A stretch of DNA of 64,000 nt from Dimorphilus gyrociliatus (lineage: Eukaryota; Animalia; Annelida). The position numbers and the translations under genes are program-made. A model generated the notes under the pieces. The model was not told the origin of the DNA. It made no database searches and saw only the letters and a program-made list of their open reading frames with translations. Below are positions 26,039 to 38,893 of this stretch, in pieces. The DNA lies in the NCBI GenBank assembly GCA_904063045.1, contig CAJFCJ010000006.1, positions 744,001 to 808,000 of the forward strand, written 5' to 3'. How positions within the stretch are numbered: position 1 is the first letter of the stretch; the number at the start of each line of letters is the position of its first letter.

Positions 26039-27256
26039 CTAATAGCAATCTATGAAAAATAAATTTTTTTTATCTGATGACGTTTTTATCGATTTCGCAA
26101 TTTTACGCCTTACTTCGTTAGGTTGTGATCTAAAAATAACTGGACGACGAATTCTCCATCCTATATAAGGTGTTATACAACGAACTTCAGACTTCTGTGT
26201 CTGTGTAGAGCTTTCTCCTAGTCTCCGATTAAACATCATATTTTTCCTTTGTTCTATTCTATTCTCCTCCATAATTTTTTTCCATACATTTGCAACATCG
26301 GTTTCCAAATACTTATCTGCTTCATCCAAGAGAGTAATAAGATAGCTTTCTATAAACTTCACTGTATCAGTAATGTTATGATTACAATGAATATCAGTAT
26401 CTTCAAAATTATTCAAAGGTATTACTGAGAGATAGATATCATAAATTTTAGACCGCAAATTATCTAGCTCTTCATCTTCTTTCTCGCCCTGATCTTCATC
26501 AAAAGGTAAATATAATAAATGATCGGGAATTTTGTAATCATTCAAAAATTTGGTTTCTGTTACTAGAGCTTGTTTTTTCTTGAAAGTATCCACAGACAAG
26601 AGTAGACTAACCACATCATTCTCAAGTTTGTTGATAACCTCTAAAAGTTCCCTGGGTACTTTGAGAAAAAATTTGCGAGCTGAACGTTGATCATTCAATA
26701 AGCCATCTGAAAATGATCTTTTCAGTGCATGTTTTGATTGATTACGCTGAAAATCGCCAAAGCTAAGGTATGAATTAATTTTATTCGGGACTGCCATCTG
26801 CCAATTTGTAGGAGAAATATTGATTAAAAATTCTTTCATTGTTGATAGCCTTTCAAGATGATTATGTCTCATTCGTAGGTCACATTCCAGTGTTTTTATT
26901 AATGATTCTACCTTCATTATGCTTTGACTAAGAGCATCTTTTTCTTTTTCATTTTGTAAAGTGGTTTGGGTCGCGTGTATCGTTTTTGAACAACTATACA
27001 CAAGTTTATTTCTCATATAATGGGAACTCTCAATCAATTTCTTTTCATAGTCCATAACTTTACTTGTTTCAAATTTTCTTAAAGCTTTAATATATTCTAT
27101 GCTATGATGTAAATTTTTTTTTTTGTATGAAGCTCGGCAACAGTCTCTAACATCTTTAACGTAGGAATTCAATCCTTGATTTTTGAAGGTCTTGCAATAA
27201 TTAATAATCTCAAGTAATTGTTTATCTGTTGATTGAGGCTTTTCTGAGGAATGCAT
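26039..27256 (-). CDS. Intronless, highly diverged CFAP100/CCDC37/CCDC38-like (DUF4200) coiled-coil protein, ~405 aa
   Basis: First ATG at 27256. Motifs EFLINISPTNWQ, FFLKVPRELLEVINKLENDVVSLL, LRSKIYDIY...VKFIESYLITLL...EENRIEQRK and RRPVIFRSQP echo CFAP100-family FL..LSP.EW, LYF..P.QLL....LEE.NLSL and RKL.FRS.P. Confidence 0.6.
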   Translation of the reverse strand: MHSSEKPQSTDKQLLEIINYCKTFKNQGLNSYVKDVRDCCRASYKKKNLHHSIEYIKALRKFETSKVMDYEKKLIESSHYMRNKLVYSCSKTIHATQTTLQNEKEKDALSQSIMKVESLIKTLECDLRMRHNHLERLSTMKEFLINISPTNWQMAVPNKINSYLSFGDFQRNQSKHALKRSFSDGLLNDQRSARKFFLKVPRELLEVINKLENDVVSLLLSVDTFKKKQALVTETKFLNDYKIPDHLLYLPFDEDQGEKEDEELDNLRSKIYDIYLSVIPLNNFEDTDIHCNHNITDTVKFIESYLITLLDEADKYLETDVANVWKKIMEENRIEQRKNMMFNRRLGESSTQTQKSEVRCITPYIGWRIRRPVIFRSQPNEVRRKIAKSIKTSSDKKNLFFIDCY

Positions 27257-27544
27257 TATACAGAGCGAGACAGGGTCATAAAATTTTGAAATTATTAATG
27301 ATACCAAATAGAATAATATATTTTAATTATTTTAAAAAACTTGGGAATTTTTTAAATAGACTTTATAGAAAAAATTGTTTGTTTCAACGAAATTCGCCCG
27401 AAATGATTAACTAATTTTTAAAGCGTGAAATAATTTTTAAATACTGGAGGTGAATTTATTTTGAAATATTTTAATACGTCGTTATTCCAAAATGATGACT
27501 TAGCATTTTAACGTACGAAAAATCTCAAGTAATTAACGGGATAT

Positions 27545-30521
27545 TTAAGCGGAATGTAAGATGGACGCATATGCACCAAGAATTCCATCATAAACTTGCA
27601 CTGCTCTCGATTTGATAGATAGCTGTTGAAGAAAAATAGTAAATTATAGGCTTAGTCTAACAAAACACTAACTAAATATTTACCTTAAAGCAGGAATTTC
27701 CGGGTTGAACCTTCAATTCTGCCAAAACCCAGATATCGTTTGATAGCTTGAGTGATTGGTAAAGCATATCTTGACCGTCAACATTTCTCTTTGCCACTGT
27801 AAAAATATTGTTATTTTTTAGCTTAGATGAAACAGTGTCGGCGTTATGCTGAACGTTATCAACATCTGTTTGAAATTCATTGGCCGATGGAATGTCTTTC
27901 CAAGTTGCTAGAAATACTCTCTTATCCATTTCACCATCCTCCGTGAAAAGAATATGTAGAGGAACTATGCAGCTAAAATAAAAGACATCAACGTTGTTTT
28001 TGAAAGCTACTTGCAGACTGTTCAAAGGCTCAGATTTTTGGACCTGTCCTGAGGTATTCAATGGTAAAGAAACATTAATTGAGCTATTCGGAAGAACTGG
28101 ACTATTAGTAGATATCTGTTGCGCCGGTTGAAGACCAAAGCTATTTTTATTGAACTGAATAGCAAATGATGACATACGATCCAGAGCTTTGTTGGAGATT
28201 GTCAATTCCATAATAGGTTGGTTATTTCTACGACAAAAAGTTCCTGATACTTCCATACCCTTGCCCTTTACTCCTGGTAGCCAAACTTCTTGAGGGGGAA
28301 TGTAAGAAGTAGATTGTGACAAACCAAAAACATCATTTAATCCAGAAAGTAATCCTGAATCCACAAATCCATCTGAAGTAACATGATTACCTGCTGTTCC
28401 AGGAGATGGTGCACCAAATCCTATGCCACCTAAGCCTTCTAGTCCATCGGACAGAAGGTCAACAGCAGAGTTAGGTACAGTAGAATTACCTTGAGAAGGT
28501 ACAAAGCTATCTATATCCAACAAATCTCCAATTGCTGGATGAGACGAATCGGGAATTACGGACGGCTGGGTGACTGCTGGTGTGGGACTAGAGAAATTTT
28601 TCTCGTCCGAGTTGAGTGGTAAAGCTTTTCGAAAGTAGGATGCTTTCCCATCCACAAAAACCGCTGGAGGTTTATGATAAATAGATGCTAGACTTGATAT
28701 ATGACATATTAGTTCATCCAACAGTGTGGGCTCTATAAGATCAGTTTCAGCACTAATAAGCGGCTTTTCTGCTAAAACAACATGCTTAGCTGCTGCTGGA
28801 TCAGTTGAAAGTAATCTCCAATAAATATAGCCTCGATCTCTCAGATCTGGGTTATCAGAATCATTTGTGGCTAGAGAAAGAACTTGTTGTACTAAATCTT
28901 GAGTATCAGTTGGCTTCTTCAAAAATAACTTTACAATAGCAGTCAATAATTGTAATTGCACTTGTTGACTTTCATCTTGATAACCGTCAAGGAAACTCTC
29001 GAGTAATTCGTCTGCATTATCAATTCTTTCGGCATATTCCCCAATAATCCATATCATACTAGCTTTAGCTTCGGACTCATCTAGAGTGTCGAGATTCTCA
29101 CAAAGAGTAGCAATTATACTTTCATATCGGTTTGGAAATTTGCGAAATATATCTTTAATAACAACAACAGCCTCTTGGACAACATAATTGACTTTTGTCT
29201 GAATAAGATCCAATAGAGTACTGACACATTTCTCAGCAGCAACTTCAACTTTTATAGCACATCTTCCAATGGCCCTCACTGACTTTCTAACAAAATCTAC
29301 GTCAATCTCTGTCGCATACTCTTTCAATTCAGCAATTACTTGAGCAACATTTGCCTCGGATGTCAGACGACACATAATATCTAACTTTTCCAACTTAACA
29401 TAAATTGGATCATTATATTTCACAAAAAAAACTTTCATATCCTGTTTCATTATATCAGGTCTTTTTTGGACTACCAAATTGATGTTACGAAGCGCGACAT
29501 ACTGGATTTCCGGCTCGCTTGATAACAAAGTGACTAGAGGCGGTGAAAGTTTTTTCATGAAATTAGCAGGTTGGTCAGTTGATTGATCCATGACCTCGAT
29601 AAGTTTCATGATAACCTTGACAGAGGAGAGGACAATTGCACTATTAGCATGAGCCAAGCGCTGGGCAACTCTCTCACATATCATCACTGCATTCGATGAA
29701 TCTTCGGGTACATAGTTCGATACTGCGTCCAAAATAAATATTTGTCCCCATTCCGTGCATTCGTTGAGAGCGGTTAGCAGTTTGCCAACAATTTGAAAAT
29801 CGAGCTCAAGCAATGACCTGGCGCTTGGGGACGTTTCCATAATCTCACCAATGGAAGCAACTGCATTAGCCACAACCATCGGATTTGGATCAGCGGTTAG
29901 ATCGCGTAAAGTATTAAGAAATCCTAACTCCTCTACCATTTCACCGTTAATGTCATGCAATTTTGCTATGCAAACTGCAGCGGTTTTACGAACGTATGGA
30001 TCCTCGTCTTTGAGACACTTTCGCAAAGGATCACAAAGATATGCTGTTATTTTTTCAACTCGAATACAACCCATTGTTCTTACGGCCAAAGCTCTAATAA
30101 GGGGATTTGGATCTTCGCAATCCTGTTAAAATTATGTAAAATTGAATAAAAAACAGGGAAAACAATTATGCTACTCAGTTGAGTACTTTACTTGTTTAGA
30201 TTTCAAGTGTACAAAAAGAAAAAACCTAAAACTTCAAATCACCTTAACAAAGGTATTAACAGCCATTATTGCCAGGTCTGGCTGGGTCTTTGCGTAATTC
30301 ATCAAGTATAAATATACAAGTTTCTTCAATTCAAGGTTGTCTGTTTGCATGCAATTAACAACGTCAGCAAATAAACTGCTAACATCCTTGCCAACAGTCA
30401 TGCTAGCTATCACCTTCTTTACAGCCTCTTTTTTTTTCTCTTTTTTATCACTATTTAATTCGGCTTTTAATTCAAAAATTTCGCCTTTTTTTGTTGTTGT
30501 AAAATATTTAGAGTCTGTCAT
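27545..30521 (-). CDS. AP2B1: AP-1/AP-2 complex beta adaptin, 3 exons with a ~2.4-kb middle exon
   Basis: [25 protein letters not shown]-terminus, adaptin trunk, hinge with clathrin-box-like DLLDID, appendage domains. Last exon [25 protein letters not shown] (TAA 27545-27547). Confidence 0.96.
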
Positions 30522-31439
30522 CTTTGTCGGTATAATAGCAAGTAGGTATGAGAGATATAATCAGCGTTAGGCCCTACTAGTTGATACTTTTACAAGCTGT
30601 CAGACGGAAACCAGCAAAGTAGCAATACTCTTACGAAACTTGAGCAATCCCGTTAAACAAAAGTTCGACCTTGACCTTTATTCTTTTTTATTTTGGTGGA
30701 GCGTTTAGTTATCAGAAAATCTTGTCATTGCTTTAGTAATTTGATTTCTACTGCTAAAATGTTTCATTCGAACAAAAACATATTTACTATTTGCTTAGAT
30801 TTTTCTAGTTGATCTATACCTTCGTTAAAAATAATATTATGTAATGTTGCGTAATGTCGAGATATCTTCCAAAGTATGTTTAATTAATACTTTTGTTGTA
30901 ATAATCAGCTGAAGTTTTTAAAGAGTGCTCATTTTATTCAAAATTATACTTCTCACAAGAATAATTGTTTTATTAGTAAGACTAGTTTAATCATATAAAT
31001 TACTTAGTAATTGTTATCGTAGTTCCTAAGTCTTTACATAAATTTATAATCGAGAAAACGCAAAAAATTTTATTGTTTGATTCTTGATAATTTTCAAATA
31101 CTATTTTAAACAGGGTGATAAATCGAAAATGTTAAATTACACTAGAGGGAGCTGCAAATGGTGTTTACGAAAGTGGTGTCGAACAATCACATGATCAAAA
31201 CTAGGATCATTATACTAACACAAAGACACATTCGACTACATGACTATATTGCAGCTCAAGAAATATTTGAGAGTGTAATAAAAATACAAAGTATGGGTAT
31301 GTTGCTGTTAGATGGAGGATATTAAGAGCTGAAAATATTTTATTTCCTGTTAATAAATTAAACTGATATGTACAGATGTTTTTTACTATAAATTCCTTTG
31401 TACAAAGAATTGTCTAGCTAATTATCAACTTTATTAAAA

Positions 31440-34400
31440 ATGGAAATTAAGAAAAAGCTTTGGCAACTACAATTACTGTTCAAGAAAAATTGGATTTTAC
31501 AGAAAAGAAAACCCATTATCACACTAATCGAAGTTCTAATACCTGTTCTATTATCTGTCATTGTAGTATTAATACGGGGAAGCGTTCATAATAGACCTCA
31601 AAATAATCCAAAAACCTGGTCCTCTTTTCATGTAAAGGACTTCCCGCCGCCAAGATTGGGATCCAAGTGGTGGTCTTTTAGACCTTGCAGACTTGCCTAT
31701 TATCCAGATAAACCATGGGCTAAGGAAATCGTGAAAAGTTTTATGAGAGAAAACGATTTTCAAGTACAAATTACAGGTATCTTTCGCCCAAGTCATTGAT
31801 TTTATTCGAAATGTGAAACTCAATGTAATACTTTAATTTCTTTTCTACAGAAATACAGGCTTTCTCTTCTGTAAAAAATTTAACTGACGCGATCTTAGAA
31901 AAGTTTAACGAGGAAAATAATATTCACAATAATACCGTTCAACGGTTTTTACGTAGTAAAAAGTATGAAATGTCATATATTGCCAGAATGAATAGTAAAT
32001 GTTCCTATCTTGGTGGAATAATTCTAGAGAAACCTAAAAATTCATCAATCAAAGTGACAATTAAACTATCTTCAACTCCTAGAAATGCCAACATACGTCA
32101 TTACGTCAATCCGTTTAAAGATAATTCTAATTGGCATACACAGTTTACATTACCCTTATTCCAGATTATTGGACCACGTGAAGCCAATATTTCAACAGGT
32201 GGTATTCCTGGATATTGGAGTGAAGGTTTTCTAACTCTCCAATGGTATTTGACTAGAGCAATTCTTAAATATTCTTGCAAAAATGATAAAGAATGTCTGA
32301 AGAGATTTGATAAATTGAAAAAAGTTGATCTGAAACTAAATCGCACTCCTTATCCTCCGTTTGATGATGATAATTTTGTTATTGTTCTTCAGCAGTATTT
32401 CCCTATGGTCATCATGCTATCATTTGTTTTTATTGCATTAAATATAGTTAAAGATGTTGTTCAAGAAAAAGAAGAAAGACTTAAGGAGGCTATGAAAATT
32501 ATGGGCCTAAATGGGTGGATGCATTGGATTGCGTGGTTTGCTAAATATCTTCTGTTTATGTTGGCTAGTGTTGCCTTAATGACAATCTTATTCTGTGTGA
32601 AAGCCTCACGACAAGGAAAAGTTGTTGGTTACACCAGCTCCGCGGTCATGTTTTTCTTTCTTTTAATGTATTCCATTATGACAATATGCTTTGCCTTCTG
32701 TGTAAGCGTTTTCTTTTCCAAATCGAATCCAGGAGCAGCTGGAGCAGGAATTATATTTGTAATAACTTATATTCCTTACTTTTACATTCAACAAGTCTAT
32801 GATACTCTAAGTATGTCGAGCAAACTAGCTGCCTGCCTTCTACCTAACATAGCAATGTCTTTGGGTTGTCAAGTTATAGGAATGTTTGAAGGAACAGGGA
32901 GTGGAGTACATTGGGATAATATTTTTAGTGGAGTGTCTGTTGACGATGACTTCAGCCTGCTGCATACAATTCTGATGATGATTCTAGATAGCGTTATATG
33001 CCTAATAATAATGTGGTACGTGGAAGCTGTCTGGCCTGGGGACTTTGGTGTTCCACAGCCCTTTTACTTTCCATTTCAAAAATCCTATTGGTGTGGATCA
33101 CTACCTACAATTGTGGAAGCTCCCTCAAGAGATGTGGTTAACGAAACTTTCTATGAGAGAGAACCTGGCTTATTAAGAATAGGATTACAAGTAAAAAACC
33201 TCAAGAAAATATTTAAGAAGGGAAAGTCGGAGAAAGTTGCTGTCGATGGACTCTCGTTAAATATGTTTGAGGGACAAATTACAGCATTATTGGGCCAAAA
33301 TGGTGCTGGTAAAACTACAACTATGTCGATGCTTACAGGATTTCTACCACCAACTTCTGGAACGGCCAAAGTTAATGGCTACGACATTGTTACTCAAATG
33401 CCACAAGTACGATCTAGTTTAGGTTATTGTCCTCAACATAACATTCTCTTTCCGACTTTGACGGTTGAAGAGCACTTAAGCTTTTTTGCTAGACTAAAAG
33501 GCTGTCCTGCATCACAAACTAAAGCCGAAATAGAAAAGTACTTGGATTCAATAGATCTAAGAGATAAAAGGAAATGTTTGGCAAAAACTCTGAGTGGCGG
33601 CCAAAAAAGGAAATTGAGTATTTCTATTGCACTCATCGCTCAATCGAAAGTTGTTATTCTGGATGAACCAACAGCAGGTATGGATGCTACAGCCAGACGT
33701 CAATTGTGGGATATACTACTCAACAATAGACTAAATAGAACTATTCTAATGAGTACACACATGATGGATGAAGCTGATATACTAGGAGATCGTATAGCAA
33801 TTATTGCTGAGGGAACTTTACAATGCTGTGGATCAGGAGTCTTTCTGAAATCTCGCTATGGAACAGGCTATCATCTCAATATTCTTAAAAATGCTGATTC
33901 AGATGTAGACGAAATCACAAAAGTTATTATGAAGCATGTGCCTTCTGCGAGATTTGAAATGGAAGCTGCTGCTGGTTTAAGCTATTTACTTCCAAAGGAA
34001 AACTCCAATAATTTTCAGAATCTCTTTTTAGAGTTAGAGTATGAGAAAGAAAAGCTGTCCATATCTGGATTAGGAGTGTCCGTTACAACAATGGAGGAAG
34101 TTTTTTTTCGTGTCAAACAAATTACCGATGAGGAACGTCAGATAAAATACGACAATCTCAGCTTAAATGAAAGTAAAGATTCAGATATTGACTCTGGTGC
34201 TCCAAGTCTGGCCTCCACTGCCGATATTACTCTCTCGTCTGGTTTATTTGATCGTTCTTACGGAAATCAAAGTTTACATAATAACGTCGGATGGCGACTC
34301 TTTTTTCAGCAGCTTTATGCCATGCTTGTAAAGAAATTCCTACAAACTAGCAGAAATCTTATTGTTACCTCTTCACAAATGATCTTACCAATATTCTTCA

Positions 34401-36829
34401 CTACCTTAGGTTTAGGAATAGTGAGGATGATTCCATCAGTTTCATATTCTCCACCTCTAAATCTTGATTTATCAAAGTACATGAAAACGGAAATACCCTT
34501 TATTGACAATAATATAAATGGCGTAATGGTATCCATTGTTCAAGCGAAGGGTGTTAACACTTTGGCAAAGAATATAACCAACTATAAAGGTAATATGTCA
34601 CAATTTCTCATTTATCAAGGAGAAAGAAGTCTAGCGACATACAACAGCAAGTATATGTTTGCTCTAACTGATCAAAAGAAGTCCTCTATTTTGGCATATT
34701 TTAACAACCAAGCCTTTCACACACCTGCCGTAATCTTGTCAATAATTGCAAATGGCTTTTTAAATTTTGTTAATGGTACCCTTAACCACATAGACTTTGT
34801 TAACTATCCCTTACCTAGAACTGTTCAACAGAAGCTTAAGGATGAACAAACCTTGCAGATAACTGGCTTTATAATAGGATTTGAGGTTGTCTTTGGAATG
34901 TCATTCTTAGCAGCTTCATTCTCTCTCTTCCTAATTCGCGAGAGAGCTACAGGATCAAAGCACTTACAATTAGTTTCTGGAGTCCGGAAAACTACATATT
35001 GGTTGGCAACTTTTATTTGGGACTATTTGATATTCATTTTACCCTGTTGCTGCTTGTTCATAACTTTTGCTTTGTTTAATATCCTTGATTATACAGATAA
35101 ATTTCAGAATGTTCTTCTCCTTCTTTTACTCTACGGATGGGCAATGCTACCTTCAATGTATGTGTGGAGCTTCATGTTTTCAACACCTTCGACAGGCTAC
35201 GTCTGGCTAACTTTATTGAACATCCTTTCTGGAGAAGTTACAGTTTTGGTTGTTGACATCATGTCAATACCACAATTAGACGTTCTTCAAACAGCTAGAG
35301 TGCTAAAATGGATTTTTATCACTTTTTTCCCCAATTATAATCTAGGACAAGGTATGCAACAACTTTATTTAAACTATGAAACTGATAGTGTGTGCCAAAA
35401 ATACTTCAAAAAATTTGACAAAAGGTTAGTTTGTTTTGAATATCCAACTTCACAATGCTGCCCTGGCTGTACTTCCTCTTGTTGGATGAAGAATTACTTA
35501 GCTTGGGAAGAGAATGGTATAGGAAAGCAATTGACTTTTCTGGCTCTTCAAGGAATTGCCTACTTTACTGTACTAATGATTATGGAAACAGGTCTCTGGA
35601 GGAGATTTAAACCAATATTATTTTGTGAAAGTCGAAGAAAGTCTATGATATATAATCAAATGTCGATGTCCAGCAGCATTTCATCAAATACAGAGGATGA
35701 AAATATTGCTATCGAAAGAAATAAAGTGAGATCTATTGATCCTAGTCTCTACGGTGTTGTTCTTAGCGAACTAACTAAATGCTATGATGATTTACTAGCG
35801 GTTGATTCAATCAATCTTGCAATAGAAGAATCCGAATGCTTTGGTTTGTTAGGTGTAAATGGGGCAGGAAAAACATCTACATTCAAAATGATCACTGGAG
35901 ACGAGGGTATTTCTTCTGGCGACGCATTTCTTGCAGGATATAACTTGAAAACAGATATGCAAAATGCTAGGCGTATGATTGGGTATTGCCCTCAGTTTGA
36001 TGCATTAATTGATCAAATGACCGGAAGAGAGATGCTCACAATGATTGGACGTCTTCGAGGTGTACCTGAAGGGCAGCTAACTAGCGTGGTAAACGATCAG
36101 ATATCTGCAGTATTGCTTCAAAATTTTGCTAATAAGCGTTGCGGAGAATATAGTGGAGGAAATAAGAGAAAACTCTCAACTGGTATGGCTCTTATAGGCG
36201 ATCCTCCCGTGATATTACTTGATGAGCCAACAGCAGGTATGGATCCGGTAGCGAGAAGGTCTCTTTGGAATACTTTAAACAGAATTCGAACAAGTGGAAG
36301 GAGCCTTATACTGACGTCGCATAGCATGGATGAGTGCGAGGCATTATGTACCAGATTGGCAATTATGGTAAATGGACAATTCCGATGTCTCGGAAGTACG
36401 CAGGAGTTAAAGTGCAAATTCGGTCAGGGATTTACTGTTATAATGAAGCTGTCTCCTCCATCACAAGCAAATCATACGTCTTGTCCAATTCGGGCAGTTA
36501 TAGATTTTATTGACAAAACTTGGCCTGGATCAACACTTATAGATAGTCATGAGGATATGGTTCATTATAATATTCCAGCAACAGTTGCAAAATGGTCTCA
36601 ATTGTTTGGTATTATTGAAAGGGAACGACTTCGACTAAGAATCGAAGATTATATTGTTAGCCAAACAACTCTAGAACAGGTGTTTCTAAACTTAACAAAA
36701 TATCAGAGATCTCAAGAGGAGGGAAAAGGAGTAAAAAAGAGAATGAATTGTTTCTCATGGTGTAATTGTTGTGTATGTTATGGCCAACTCGAGGTACACG
36801 ATGATGGGCAAGAGACAAATTTATTATAG
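31440..36829 (+). CDS. ABCA3: ABCA subfamily lipid transporter (ABCA3-like), ~1771 aa, single intron 31777-31850
   Basis: N-terminal QLQLLFKKNWILQKRK. NBD1: GQNGAGKTT / LSGGQKRKL / VVILDEP. NBD2: GVNGAGKTS / YSGGNKRKL / VILLDEP. C-terminal SQTTLEQVFL. The phase-1 intron joins the two ORFs in frame. Confidence 0.9.
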
Positions 36830-37124
36830 ACTTTATTAATAATTTTCAATATATTTGGGTTGGATTTTTTTTACATATACTAATATTTTTTTTTAGATTT
36901 TAGTCATTCACTCTTCATAATGTAATTGTTCAATGTTTTAATGGAATAGTGAGATAATAATATTTGTGTTTGAGTACAGTCATTTAAGCCTGTTTCATCT
37001 ATTTTATATATTTTTTTTATATATAAAAAAGATGTATTTTCTTGTATTCAAATACATCTGTGTAACACTTTTTACATTGATCAAAAATAAAACTAGGATG
37101 TAAAGATTAGAAAATAATAAGCAC

Positions 37125-38253
37125 TTAGTTTTGAACTTTATTGCGGCGTCTTATTTTAATCTTTTTTCCAGGGTAACTTTTTTCGTCAACCTCTTTTATC
37201 CTTTTTAAATGATAATAACGCCACTAAAAAAAAGATATTTCTTTAGATATGTCTTGTGAAAAAACTTCATACCTGAAGAATCTGCTGATCCTCTAAAAGT
37301 TTCACGTTTTTGGAAATTAATATCTCTTCCCTAAATGATTCATATTGAAGAAGTTCCAAAAAGAATAAGCACTGAGGATAACTGAAAAAAAGGAATTTGA
37401 CGTAATCTTGTTATATTATGAAAGAAAAAGTTACATTAGAAATTTGGCGTATTCCTGCTTTTTCCAATATTGTAAATATTTTAAATAGTTAATAAATGCT
37501 TGATCTTTGAAATAACTTCTCTGAGCTAAAACTGGAAAAATTAATACTGTTTATTAGTTACTTTCCAGTTAAGATAAAATTAACTTGCAATGTAAATAGT
37601 TGGGATTTGCAAGGCATTGAACAAATTCTAATTCGACTTGAAACCTGATATCGCCATCTCCATCAAACAAATGAACTTGTGTACCTTTTAGGAAAACTTC
37701 AAAATTTGATATACTTAGCACTTTAATTGGACAACGATAAATAAGCAAAGAAGCTAATCTAAACTTAACGAAAATCTATTTTCCAATCCTATTTTACAGT
37801 GAAATGTGAAAAAAATTATTTTGCTAGTTTCTCTTATCTTTGTTACTATAAAACAAGATAATTAAGAATAGAGCAAATGTCAAATTACTTTCTAGCATTA
37901 TATAATAAGTAGACAATGGTTTAATTAACAATAAATATGTACAAGAAATTGAATAAATGTCAATGAGTTTATATGAATATTATAAATAGCAAGCTTGATT
38001 GTTATTTAATTATAAAATAAATATTGCTATTTACGATTAGATGAAGAAATTCCTGAAATCTAGAGCAACTCTTATCACAATATTTGTTACGTAATTAGTA
38101 CTGTTTATTTGTTATTTATTTATTTATAACCTAGTATCCTTAATGAAAAAAACGTTTTTTATTACCTTGTTCAACCTTTCTTTCCTGACCGAAAAGTAAT
38201 TCTTCTAGCAAGGAGTTTTTCTTTAAACTATCCCGATCCTTCTTGGGAGGCAT
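37125..38253 (-). CDS. MED31: Mediator subunit 31 (Soh1), 5 coding exons, none long enough for the ORF track
   Basis: Spliced product contains IRFQVELEFVQCLANPNYLHFLAQRSYFKDQAFINYLKYLQYWKKQEYAKFLIYPQCLFFLELLQYESFREE...EDQQILQWRYY, matching the MED31 core. Exons are 38253-38166, 37684-37589, 37531 onward and two more; stop TAA 37125-37127. Confidence 0.93.
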
Positions 38254-38609
38254 ATCGCGCAAGTAACGGTAGATACTTTATGAGCCTATTAGGCAACACC
38301 AGTTCCATACCTATAAAGACAATTAAAAAATAAGATGGAATAAGAACCAAATAATAGATATATGTATGTGTGTGATGTATACCAAAAGTATCCTGGTAAG
38401 TACCAGAAAATATTCTCTATCAGTCTAATTTAAAAAATGGTATATACATTTTCGTAATGTCATATATACCAAATAAAAAACTTCCCTTTGTAATTTTATA
38501 CGAGCTATTTTTTGAATTTTGCATTTTCTAAATTAGATTTTTTTTACCTCTCCAAGCTTCATTAAAAACTTTATGTGATTTGAGAGAACTAGGCTCTGGA
38601 TAATTAAGG

Positions 38610-38632
38610 GAGAGAGACAGAGAGACAGAGAT
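38610..38632. repeat. GA-rich compound microsatellite (GAGAGAGACAGAGAGACAGAGA)
   Basis: Read directly in the MED31-INPP4 divergent intergenic region. Confidence 0.8.
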
Positions 38633-38861
38633 AGTAATTTCGGAAACTAAAATTTAGCCTTTCAAATTTCCACCGAGTACAGGTCAAGGCTGAAGTAACT
38701 ATAGAACTATTAAACAATTGTTTTTATTTAAAACCAAATAGAGGCTATTTTTAAACTTTATTTTTACAAATTTGTTCTGAAGAAAAAAAAACAATTTTAT
38801 TACAATAACAACATGGAACGTAGAATATATAAGAGCCTAAACAACTAAAAATAAAAACGGA

Positions 38862-38862
<1 letters not shown>

Positions 38863-38888
<26 letters not shown>
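38863..38888. repeat. (TA)13 microsatellite
   Basis: Read directly. Confidence 0.9.

Positions 38889-38893
<5 letters not shown>

Noticed and set aside
30667-30679. GACCTTGACCTT nuclear-receptor (ERR/NR5A-like) repeats here and at ~25875
   Set aside because: These are short motifs common in invertebrate genomes, and function cannot be supported from sequence alone.
32101-36417. Antisense ORFs within ABCA, and similar ones over TOP2, beta-adaptin, UNC79 and the GPCR
   Set aside because: These are shadow ORFs on the opposite strand of long coding exons with no independent protein features.
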